A model generated the notes under the pieces. It worked only from the letters and a program-made list of their open reading frames with translations, made no database searches and was not told where the DNA came from. A program made the position numbers and the translations under genes. Positions 12,615-22,452 of a stretch of 35,926 bases of DNA are shown piece after piece. Every line of letters starts with the position of its first letter. Within the stretch, counting starts at the first letter, position 1. The stretch is from Squalus acanthias (taxonomy: Eukaryota). The DNA lies in assembly GCA_030390025.1 (NCBI GenBank), contig JASTWF010000334.1, positions 496,001 to 531,926 of the forward strand. Reading direction: 5' to 3'.

Positions 12615-13088
12615 CTAATGGTGCTTTATTTTTCTCTTACGCGTGCTCCTACATAGTGCTCCCCCTGTGGCTTCAGCAGATGTGGAGGCACCTTGCTCGC
12701 TTTCATGCTGCTCCTGCTTCGACACCTTTGGCGGGCGTCCTCTAGGTTTCTGAGCCTGTGAGGGCTCACCAAATGTCTGCTCATCCTGCGGCAGTGCAGG
12801 GGCTGAGATGCCCATCTCAGTTGGATGCAGACTCTGGTGGGGCTTTGACCGAGGGCTACGCAGTGGCATGGAAGTGTGAGTGCTTGGAGAGGAGCCCCCA
12901 CCTCCTTGTGCTTTGCCAAGGGTTATATCTCTTGCCAGCTGGACCCACACAGCCTTGGTTTCTTTGGGAGGCCTCTTCCTCCCATATGAGGGGAAGAGCA
13001 CTTCCCTGCTAGCTCTCACCCCCTTAACCAGGATACCCAGCGCCTCATCCGAGAACCTCGGGGAGGCCCTTGCCTTGGAGCTGGCCAT
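12615..13088 (-). pseudogene. Harbinger Myb/SANT-like DNA-binding protein, internally deleted
   Basis: PRFSDEALGILVKGV...REVLFP...W..LA is a Myb/SANT start, and the C-terminus RSTRKRKIK is basic. It lies convergent to the transposase inside the TIRs. Confidence 0.78.
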
Positions 13089-13176
13089 TCTTCAATGAGA
13101 TAAAAGTTAGGAGGTGGTGCAGCATCGACCAAAAACCAATGGAATGAGCCAAGGCAACAAACAGCACTTAAATGAA

Positions 13177-13391
13177 TAGCAAAATACTGTGGATGCTGGA
13201 AATCCAAAATAACAACAGAAAACGCTGGAAAAACTCAGCAGGCCAGGCAGCATCCGTGGAGAGAGAAACAGAGTTAACGTTTCAGGTCGAAGACGTTCTG
13301 ATGAAAGGTTTTCGACCTGAAACGTTAACTCTGTTTCTCTCTCCACAGATGCTGCCTGGCCTGCTGAGTTTTTCTAGCGTTTTCTGTTGTT
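13177..13391. repeat. Penelope-type palindromic terminal-repeat insert
   Basis: ~82 bp inverted arms (13210-13291 and 13311-13392, 2 mismatches), flanked by a 14-bp near-duplication AGCACTTAAATGAA / AGCCCTTAAATGAA. It contains a hammerhead-like core. Confidence 0.75.
13295..13330 (+). ncRNA. Minimal type I hammerhead ribozyme-like motif (possibly degenerate)
   Basis: GTT-CTGATGA-A-AGGT(TTTCG)ACCT-GAAAC-GTT-AAC: core boxes, a 4-bp stem II, a loopless palindromic stem III and only 3 bp of stem I. Confidence 0.55.
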
Positions 13392-14046
13392 AGCCCTTAA
13401 ATGAAGCTGGATAAGTGACATCAGCAGAGGCGAGTTTCAGTCCCAAAGACTAATTGGCCCAGGGGAACCCACACCTCTGAAATCAACTGGCCAATTAGGG
13501 GAAAATCGCAAATTTTCCCCACCTGACAGTGGAGGCGGATTTGGAACCCGACCAAACCGAAACCCGCTTCCAACGGGAAAATCGCCCCCTTTGTGTTCTC
13601 CCCACAGCTTACTGTCCCACCTAGCCTTGTATCATCAGCAAACTTGGATACATTGCACTCGATCCCTTCATCTAAGTCATTGATATAGATTGTGAATAGC
13701 TGAGGCCCAAGTATTGATCCTTGCAGCACCCCACTAGTAACAGCCTGCCAACCTGAAAATGACCCGTTTATTCCTACTCTCTGTTTTCTATCCGTTAACC
13801 AATCCTCTATCCATGCTAATATATTACCCACAACCCCATGAGCCCTTATCTTGTGTAACAACGTTTTATGCGGCACCTTATTGCATGCCTTTTGGAAATC
13901 CAAATATACTGCATCCACTGGTTCCCCTTTATCTACCCTGCTAGTAACATCCTCAAAAATCTCTAAAAAATTTGCTAAACGCAATTTCCCTTTCATAAAA
14001 CCATGTTGACGCTAATCATATTATGGTTTTCCAAATGCTCTGTTAC

Positions 14047-14189
14047 CAATGTTCCCTGTAAGCTGCACAGATCCTGCACAGCGGCTTGCCGGCTTTTCAA
14101 TGCAGAAACCCACATGCACAATATTTTGAATGGCCTGCACAGGCCCATAAAGGGGCCGCGGAGCGTTAAAAAAATTAAAGGGAACATTG
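14047..14189. mobile_element. hAT-type MITE
   Basis: TIR CAATGTTCCCT / AGGGAACATTG; 8-bp TSD tctgttac / cctgttat. Confidence 0.82.
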
Positions 14190-14319
14190 CCTGTTATGAC
14201 TTCCTTAATAGGGAATTTTGGAATATCACAACCAATGAATCCAAGATCACTGCAGCTACCTCTTTTAGAAACCTAGGATGTAGGCCATCAGGTCCAGGGG
14301 ATTTGTTGGCTTTTAGTCA

Positions 14320-15702
14320 GAGAAACATAGAAACATAGAAGATAGGAGCAGGAGTAGGCCATTCGGCCCCTCGAGCCTGTTCCGCCATTTAATGAGATCA
14401 TGGCTGATCATCCAAATTCAGTACCCTGTCCCTGCCTTCTCCCCATATCCCTTGATCCCTTTAGCCTTAAGAAATATATCTAACTCCTTCTTGAATATAT
14501 TTAATGAATTGGCCTCAACTGCCTTCCATGGTAAAGAATTCCACAGGTTCACCACTCTCTGGGTGAAGAAATTCCTCCTCATCTCAGTCCTAAATGGCTT
14601 ACCCCTTATCCTTAGACTGTGACCCCTGGTTCTGGACTCCCCCGCCATCGGGAACATCCTTCCTGCATCTAGTCTGTCTAGTACTGTTAGAATTTTATAA
14701 GTTTCAATGAGATCCCCTCTCATTCTTCTAAACTCTAGCGAATATAAGCCTAATCGACCCAATCTCTCTTCATACGTTATTCCTGCCATCCCAGGTATCA
14801 GTCTGGTGAATCTTCGCTGTACTCCCTCCATGGCAAGAACATCCTTCCTCAGATAAGGCGACCAAAACTGCACACAATACTCAAGGAGTGGTCTCACCAA
14901 GGCCCTGACAACTGCAGCAAGACATCCTTGCTTCTGTATTCGAATCCTCTCGCTATGAAGGCCAACATACCATTTGCCTTCTTAACCGCCTGCTGCACCT
15001 GCATGCTTACCTTCAGCGATTGGTGCACAAGGACACTCAGGTCTCGTTGCACTTCCCCTTTTCCCAATCTATTGCCGTTCAGATAATAATCAGCCTTCCT
15101 GTTTTTGCCACCAATGTGGATAACCTCGCATTTATCCACATGATACTGCATCTGCCATGCATCTGCCCAATCACCCAACCTGTCCAAATCATACTGGAGT
15201 TTCTCTGCATCCTCCTCACAGCACACACGCCCACCCAGCTTTGTGTCGTCTGCAAACTTGGAGATATTACATCTAGTTCCCTCGTCTAGGTCATTAATAT
15301 ATATTGTGAATAACTGGGGTCCTAGCACCGATCCCTGCGGTACCCCACTAGTCACTGCCTGCCACTCAGAAAAAGACCCGTTTATTCCAACTCTTTGCTT
15401 CCTGTCTGCCAACCAGTTCTCTATCCAAATCAGTACCTTGCCCCCAATCCCATGTGCTTTAACTTTGCAAGCTAATCTCTTATGAGGGACCTTACCGAAA
15501 GCCTTCTGAAAGTCCAAATACACCACATCCACTGGTTCTCCCTTATCTATTCTACCAGTTACATCCTCAAAAAATTCCAGTAGATTAGTCAAGCATGATT
15601 TACCTTTTGTAAATCCATGTTGACTTTGTCCGATCCTGTCACTGTTTTCCAAGTGCTCAGCTATTACATCTTTTATGATTGACTGCAGCAGTTTTCCCAC
15701 TT
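14320..15702 (-). mobile_element. 5'-truncated CR1 LINE, same subfamily as 2810-8085
   Basis: ORFs 14894-15712 and 14418-14900 are nearly identical to 5848-6522 and 7338-7988. Tail (agaaacat)n at ~14321-14340. Confidence 0.93.
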
Positions 15703-16808
15703 GTTTCCCCACTAAGTCCCATTAGTTTCTCAAGCACTTTTTCTCTGCTGATCTTAATTGCTTTAAGTTGCTCAGTCTCATTAGCCCCTTGGTTCCCCAT
15801 TACTTTGGTATGTTTTTTGTGTCTTCTACTGTGAAAGCAGATAGAAAATATTTGTTTAAAGTCTCTGCCATTTCCTTATTCCCCATTATAATTTCTCCTG
15901 TCTCAGCATCTAAGGGACCAACGCTTACCTTTGCTATTTACTTCATTTTTGCATACTTGTAGAAGCTCTTACAATCTGTTTTAATATTTCTTGCTAGTTT
16001 ACTCTCATATTCTTTTTTCTCTCTTTTCATCAATGTTTTGGTCATCCTTTGCTGGTTTCTAAAACTCTCCCAATCCTTAGGCTTGCTATTATTCTTCACA
16101 ACATTATAATCAGCTTCTTTTAATCTAATACTATCCTTAACTTCTTTATTTAGCCACAGATGGCTAATTTTTCCTGTGGAATTTTTATTTCTCTATGGAA
16201 TGTATATTCATTGAAAATTTTGGAATATTTCTTTAAATGTTTGCTTATCTACTGTCATACCTTTTAATCTAATTTCCTAATCTACCTTAGCCAATTAATT
16301 CCTCATACCTATGTAAATGGCTTTATTTAAGTTTAAGAATCTAGTTTTAGACTGAGGTATTTCACTCTCAAACCCAATGTGAAATTCTATCATATTATGA
16401 TTGCTCTTCCCCAGAGTTTCCTTTACTATGAGATTACTAATTAACCCAGTCTCATTACACAATACAAGATCTAAAATAGTTTCTTCCCTGGTTGGTTCCA
16501 TGAAGTATTGTTCTGGGAAACTGTCTCGAATGCATTCCATGAACTCGTCCTCCAAATTGATTTGCCCAGTCAATATGAAGATTAAAGTCTCCCACAATGA
16601 TTGCATGAGCTTTGTTACAAGCTCCTATTATTTGCTGATTAATAGTGTGTCCAACGGTATAGCTACTCTTAGGGGGCCTATAATCTACTCCCACCAATGT
16701 TTCCTGTCCCTTGTTGTTTCTTATCTTCACCCATACTGATTCTACTTCCTGATCTTCTGAGCCAAGGTCCCTTTTCACTACTGTCCTTATGAGATCCTTT
16801 CTCACTAC

Positions 16809-17712
16809 TGTAGTGCCACTCAACATGATGGAGGGTGTCCTCAGTGTAAAGACAGATCTTTTGGCTCCACAAGGACTGTGCGGTGGTCACTCCTACCAAT
16901 ACTGTCATGTACAGATCCATCTGCGAGAGGTAAATTGGTCAAGTACGTTTTTCACTTGTGTTGGTTCTCTCACCACCTGCTTCAGGCTCAGTATGGCAGC
17001 TATGTCCTTCAGGACTTAGCCAGCTCCGTCAGTAGTGGTGCTACCAAGCCACTCTTGGTGATGGACATTGAAGTCACCCACCCAAAGTATGTTCTGTGCC
17101 AATGATACCCTCAGTGCTTCTTCCATGTGGTGTTCAACATGGAGGAGTACAGATTCTTTAGCTGAGGGAGGGCGGTGGGTAGTAATTAGCAGAAGGTTTC
17201 CTTGCCTACGTTTAACCTGAAGCCATGAGACTTCATGGGGTCCAGAACCATTGTTGAAGACTCCCAGGCAATGTTCCCTCTAATTATTTTGGGGGTTCAC
17301 GGCCCCTTTAAGGGGCTGCGTGATCCATTCAAACTTCCGCACATGCGCGGTTTCTCCATTGAGAAACTGGCAAGCGGTCTGCTCGTGAGCTTTAGACAGC
17401 TGTGCAACTGCGCGGCCGCGAAACGGGAGCATTGCTCCCAGGCCACTCCCTCTCAACTGCATACCACAGTGCTGCCACCTCTGGTGGGTCTGCCCTGCCG
17501 CTGGGACAGGCCATGCCCAGGGATGCTGATGGAGGCGTCTGGGACATTGGCTGAAAGGTATGATCCTGTGAGTATGACTATGTCAGGCTGATGCTTAACT
17601 AGTCTGTGGGACAGCTCTCCTTTTTTTGGCACAAATCCCCAGATGTTAGTGAGGAGGATTTTGCAGGGGCGACTGGGCTGGGTGTGTCTTTGTCATGTCC
17701 GGTGCCTAGGTC
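16809..17712 (-). mobile_element. Continuation of LINE family B (endonuclease region)
   Basis: ORF 16678-16920 ends ..LYTEDTLHHVEWHY, which joins DRAKWDRFRT at ~2440. The minus strand also reads LGG*LQCPS, matching a G-D-F-N-V-H-type motif in another frame. Confidence 0.65.
17269..17434. mobile_element. hAT-type MITE
   Basis: TIR CAATGTTCCC / GGGAGCATTG; perfect 8-bp TSD CTCCCAGG (17261-17268, 17435-17442). Confidence 0.85.
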
Positions 17713-17749
17713 AATATTGCTCCATGTTTAATGTTGAAACATTCCCTGT

Positions 17750-18985
17750 TATAGAATCATACAGCACAGAAGGAGGCCATTTGGCCCCTCGTGCCTGTGT
17801 TGACTCTTTGAAAGAGCTATCCAAATAGTCCCAATCCCCTGCCTTTTCACCATTGCCCTGAAAATGTTCCTATTCAAGTATTTATTCAATTATCTTGTAA
17901 AGTTACCATTGAATCTGCTTCAACCACCCTTTCAAGACATCCATTCCAGATCATAACAACATGCTGTGTAAAAACATTTCTCCTCATCTCCCTTCTGGTT
18001 CTTTTGCCAATGAATTATTAAATCAGTTTCCTTCTGTTTCTGACCCTTTTACCACTGGAAACAGTTTATCGCTATATCAATACCACTCAAGATTTTGAAC
18101 ACCTCTATTAAATCTCCCCTGAACATTCTCTGCTCTAAGGAGAGGAAGCCCAGTTGCTATAGTCTCTCCACATTACTGAGGTCCCTCATCCCTGGTATGA
18201 TTCAGGTAAATCTTTTCTGCACCCTCTTCAAGGCCTTGATATCCTTCCTAAAGTGTGGTGCTCAGAATTGGACACAATACTTCAGCTGAGGCCGAACCAG
18301 TGATTTATAAAGGTTTCGCATAACTTCCTTGTATTTCTACTCTATACCTCTATTTTTAAAGCCTTTTAACAGTCATATCAACTTGTCCTGCCACCTTCAA
18401 AAATTTATGTATGTGAAGAATGTGTGTATCTGTTCCTGCACCCCTTTTAAAATTGTACCATTTAGTTTATAATTCCTCTCATTCTTCCTTTTAAAATGCA
18501 TGACTTCACACTTCTCCGCATTAAATGTCATCTGTAATGTGCCTGCCCATTTCACAAGTCTGTCAATGTCATCTTCAAGTTTGCTGCTATCCTCGCTGTT
18601 TACTACATTTCTGAGTTTTGTGTTATCTGCAGACTTTGAAATTATACCCTGTAAACCCAAGTCCAGGTCATTAATAGATATCAAAAAGAGCAGTGGTCCC
18701 AACACCGGATCCTGGGGACACCACTGTATATTTCCCTCCTGACTGAAAAACAACCATTCACCACTACCCTCTGCTTTCTGTCCCTTAGTTAATTTCGTAT
18801 CCACGCTGCCACTGCCCATGGGTTTCAATTTTTCGAACTAATCTGTTACGTGGTAGTTTCTCAAATGCATTTTGGACGTCCATGTACACAACATCAGCTG
18901 CACTACTCTCATTATCCCTGTCCGATACTTCATCAAAGAAGTCAATCAAGTTTTTCAGACATGATTTGCCTTTAACAAATCCATT
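17750..18985 (-). mobile_element. Degenerate 5'-truncated CR1 LINE
   Basis: GFVKGKSCL, VYMDVQNAFEK, VLGPLLFLISINDL and KSADNTK. The 3' end is near 17750. Confidence 0.85.
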
Positions 18986-19564
18986 ACTGCCCCATTCAAT
19001 GAATGTGACCTGTGGCAACCATTCAATGTAAATTTCCAGTCAACAAGACTAACCAAACCTTAGATGCATCTTGAAGGCTTTTGAAAATGTCTGAACACTC
19101 AGCTGAATGGTTACAGTGTTGGGTTTTTAACACTATTTGCCCTTTCAATGGGCTGACAGCAGATCCTTTAAATGGACCTTGTCATCTTTGATCTGAACAG
19201 CAGGTGCTGTCCCCACTGAAACTCCACACAATGCATTTTGCAGAAAATTTCACTGGATGGTGATCAGGACCAGGGAGTCGCACTGATTTTTCTCTTTTCT
19301 AATCCAGAGACAGTCAGACCAGCTGTAACTCCCTCATCACTCTCCATGAATGAACCTGGGAACGCCCTTGTCTGTAGGGTTCAGTGCCCTCAGTGTTTAA
19401 TGTAGAATATAACGTAGATCAAGTTACCCACTGATGGAAATCACTGAGTCAATCAGAACTGTCCAGATATAAACAAGAAGATTTTTTCATTCTCTGCGTC
19501 CAGTCATATTTAGAAACAATGAGGAACAAAGCCAATAACTTAAATTGGAGACTTCTGGGCTTAC

Positions 19565-19749
19565 CTCAGCTTCTATCCAAGACTTTCCGAAAGTGAAGAA
19601 CTTGTAACAGAAGGACAAGTAATGAAAATGAAACCAGCCGTAGGCACAAGGTCCATTCCTACTGTCGCCACGTTTTTCAAGGTGCTGATCCTGATCAGTC
19701 TCTGTCTCCAGTTGCCTGTTCTCCAATGTTCTATTCAGGGCAACATGAG
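19565..19749 (-). CDS. C-type lectin gene (left copy), coding exon 2: pro-region and N-terminal part of the CTLD
   Basis: Acceptor ccctttaactgcag and donor GAG|gtaagc bound 185 nt, phase 1 to phase 0. Translation (A)HVALNRTLENRQLETETDQDQHLEKRGDSRNGPCAYGWFHFHYLSFCYKFFTFGKSWIEAE matches the long-form CTLD start C-x2-GW...CY-x-F...K-x-W-x-EAE. The intron after EAE is typical of CTLD genes. Confidence 0.88.
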
Positions 19750-21495
19750 CTGCAGTTAAAGGGAATTAGATTAAAACAAGCTGCAATCATCACAACAGCA
19801 ACGAAGGCATATAATGTTGCCAAGATTGGTGGGAGACCAGAGGATTGGGAAATTTTTAAAAACCAGCAAAGGATGACTAAAAAAATAATAAAGAGAGAGA
19901 AGATGAATTATGAGACTAAACTGTCAAGAAATATTAAAACAGATAGTAAGAGCTTCTACAGGTATATAAAAAGGAAGAGGGTAGCTAAAGTAAACATTGG
20001 TCCCTTAGAGGATGAGACTGGGGAATTAATAATGGGGAACGGGGAAATGGCAGAGACTCTGAACAAATATTCTGCATCTGTCTTCACGGTAGAAGACACT
20101 AACAACATCCCAATAATGGATAATCAAGGGGCCACAGGGAGTGGGGAACTAAAGACAATCACTAACACTAAGGAAATAGTACTCGGTAAAATAATGGGAC
20201 TAAAAGACGACAAGTCCCCTGGACCAGATGGCCTGCATCCCAGGGTCTTAAAAGAAGTGGCTGCAGAGATAGTGGATGCATTGGTTGCAATATACCAAAA
20301 TTCCCAGGACTCTGGAGAGGTCTCAGCAGATTGGAACACCGTTAATGTAACACCACTATTTAGGAAAGGAGGGAGACAGAAAGCAGGAAACTATAGACCA
20401 CTTAGCCTAATATCTGTCATTGGGAAAATGCTGGAGTCCTTCATTAAGGAAGCAGTAGCAGGGCATTTAGAAAAACATACTGCAATCAAACAGAGTCAAC
20501 CTGGTTTTAGGAAAGGGAAATCATGTTTAACAAATTTGCTGGAGTTCTTTGAGGATGTAACAAGCAGGGTGGACAAGGGTGAGCCAGTGGATGTGATGTA
20601 TTTGGATTTCCAGAAGGCATTCGATAAGGTGCCACATAAAAGGTTACTGCATAAGATAAGAGCTCACGGAGTTGGGGGTAATATATTAGCATGGATAGAG
20701 AATTGGCTAACTAACAGAAAGCAGAGAGTCAGGATAAATGGGTCATTTTCTGGTTGGCAAATGGTAACTAGTGGGGTGCTACAAGGATCGGTGCTGGGGC
20801 CCCAAATTTTACAATCTACATTAATGACTTGGAGTGCAGATTGGAACAGAGTGTTAAGCTGCGAGTTTGGTGAGTGAGGGAGTAAATCTTAAAGGTTAAT
20901 CACTTATTTTTATAAATTCTAGTCTTGTGTGCTTGCAATTAGCATTTAAATTTACTGTTTTAAGTTTTAAGTTTCTTCCAGGCTTGGGCAGGGCTGAGCA
21001 AGCTCTGTGCTGGAGAGCAGGTGAGAGTAATTAATTAATTAACTGGTCTAATCTGGTTCTGTAACTGCCAGAGCGCTCACTTATTTAAATCTCAGCAGTA
21101 TAAATAAGGGAGACTAGAGTGCAGTTTGTCACGGAGTGCAGATTGGAACAGAGTATTAAGCTACGAGTTTGGTGAGTGAGGTGTTCCTTCCTTTTTCGAT
21201 CTTTGTCAGCTTCCTGGTGCGGCGGCAGACCTGCGTGAGGCGAGGCGGCAGCAGAGGTTTTAAAAGGCTCCAGAGACCAGGTAAGACGGGACCAGTCTCC
21301 GAACTCGGAGGGAGGGAGAGAGGTCAAAAATAATCGAGGTGTGACGTCACCAGAAAGCAGGTAAGTAACTGGTTGGTGAGTATTTCTCTCTTTTTAAACT
21401 TAAACTCTGTGGTTTATAGTTTCTAAGGTGTGATATTCATCAGGCGGGGCAGAGGGTATTTAAAAATTATTAATAAATTTAATTAATTACATAGA

Positions 21496-22452
21496 ATGGG
21501 AGAGCAGGTGATGTGTTACTGCTGCAATATGTGGGAGCTGGTGGACACCATTGATGCTCAGGGTGATCACATTTGCAGTAAGTGTTGGCTGCTCGAGGAA
21601 CTCCGGCTCCGTGTTGATGAGCTGGAGTCCGAGCTTCAAACACTACGACACATCAGGGAGGGGGAGAGTTACCTGGACTCTGTGTTCCAGGAAATAGTCA
21701 CACCAATTAGATTAACTAATTCAGATGTAGTCCGTGGTCAGGGACAGGAGGGTGTGACTATGAGTGAGGCAGGTACGGGGATCCAGGAGGTAGTGTTGGA
21801 GGAGCCGCAGCCCTTGCTCTTGTCCAACAGGTTTGAGGCTCTTACTCCCTGTGAGGACGGGAGCAGGGACTGCAGGGAGGATGAGCAACCTGGCCGCAGC
21901 ACCGTGGAACAGGGGGCCATTCAAGTGGAGGGAGTAAAAAGAAATGTTGTAGTGGTAGGGGATAGTATCATAAGGGGGATAGATAGGGTTCTTTGCAGCC
22001 GAGAGCGAGAGTCCCAAAGGTTGTGTTGACTGCCCGGTGCCAGGGTTAAGGACATCTCCTCTGGGCTGGAGAGAAACTTGGAGTGGGAGGGGGAGGATCC
22101 AGTGGTCGTGGTCCATGTTGGTACCAACGACATAGATAGGACAAGGAAAGAGGTTCTGCTGAGGGAGTATGAGCAGCTAGGGGCCAAATTAAAAAGCAGA
22201 ACCACAAGGGTAATAATCTCTGGATTACTACCTGAGCCACGAGCAAATTTGGCTAGGGTAAATAAAATCAGAGAGTTAAATGCGTGGCTCAAAGACTGGT
22301 GTGGGAGAAAAGGGTTTTGCTTCTTGGGACACTGGCACCAGTACTGGGATGGGAGAGAGCTGTTCCGTTGGGACGGACTTCACTTGGCCAGTGCTGGGAC
22401 TAGAATCCTGGCGAATCGAATAACTAGGGCTGTAGAGAGGGCTTTAAACTAA
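21496..22452 (+). pseudogene. CR1 ORF1 (zinc finger, leucine zipper, SGNH esterase) with one premature stop
   Basis: CYCC..CSKC, LEELRLRVDELESELQTL, VVVGDSIIR, VHVGTND and DGLHL. A single TGA at 22027 lies in the C(C)LPGA motif; the ORF ends RALN*. Confidence 0.92.

Larger units (their letters stand above)
10796..13589 (+). mobile_element. PIF/Harbinger DNA transposon, formerly autonomous (transposase and Myb/SANT genes)
   Basis: TIRs GGCCGCGATTTTC and GGGGGCGATTTTC, 3-bp TSD TTT (10793-10795, 13590-13592), and two convergent genes typical of the superfamily. Confidence 0.88.
2443..16808 (-). mobile_element. Old CR1 LINE fragmented by nested insertions (pieces ~2443-2809, 8086-8380, 13590-14046, 14190-14319, 15705-16808)
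   Basis: 3' tail (ataagaac)n at 2447-2470, RT motifs in ORF 13421-13996 and endonuclease motifs (VGVDYRPP, IIVGDFN, LDLVLCNE) at 16295-16826. The pieces are collinear in the expected order once the inserts are removed. Confidence 0.78.

Noticed and set aside
19024..19180. Minus-strand frame HSAECSDIFKSLQDASKVWLVL resembling the next CTLD exon
   Set aside because: It lacks the expected Cys/HLASI and WIGL motifs, has no convincing splice sites, and runs into a stop.
19726..20877. 383-aa ORF with an apparently novel N-terminus
   Set aside because: It is chance read-in from lectin intron/exon antisense sequence into a truncated CR1 ORF2.
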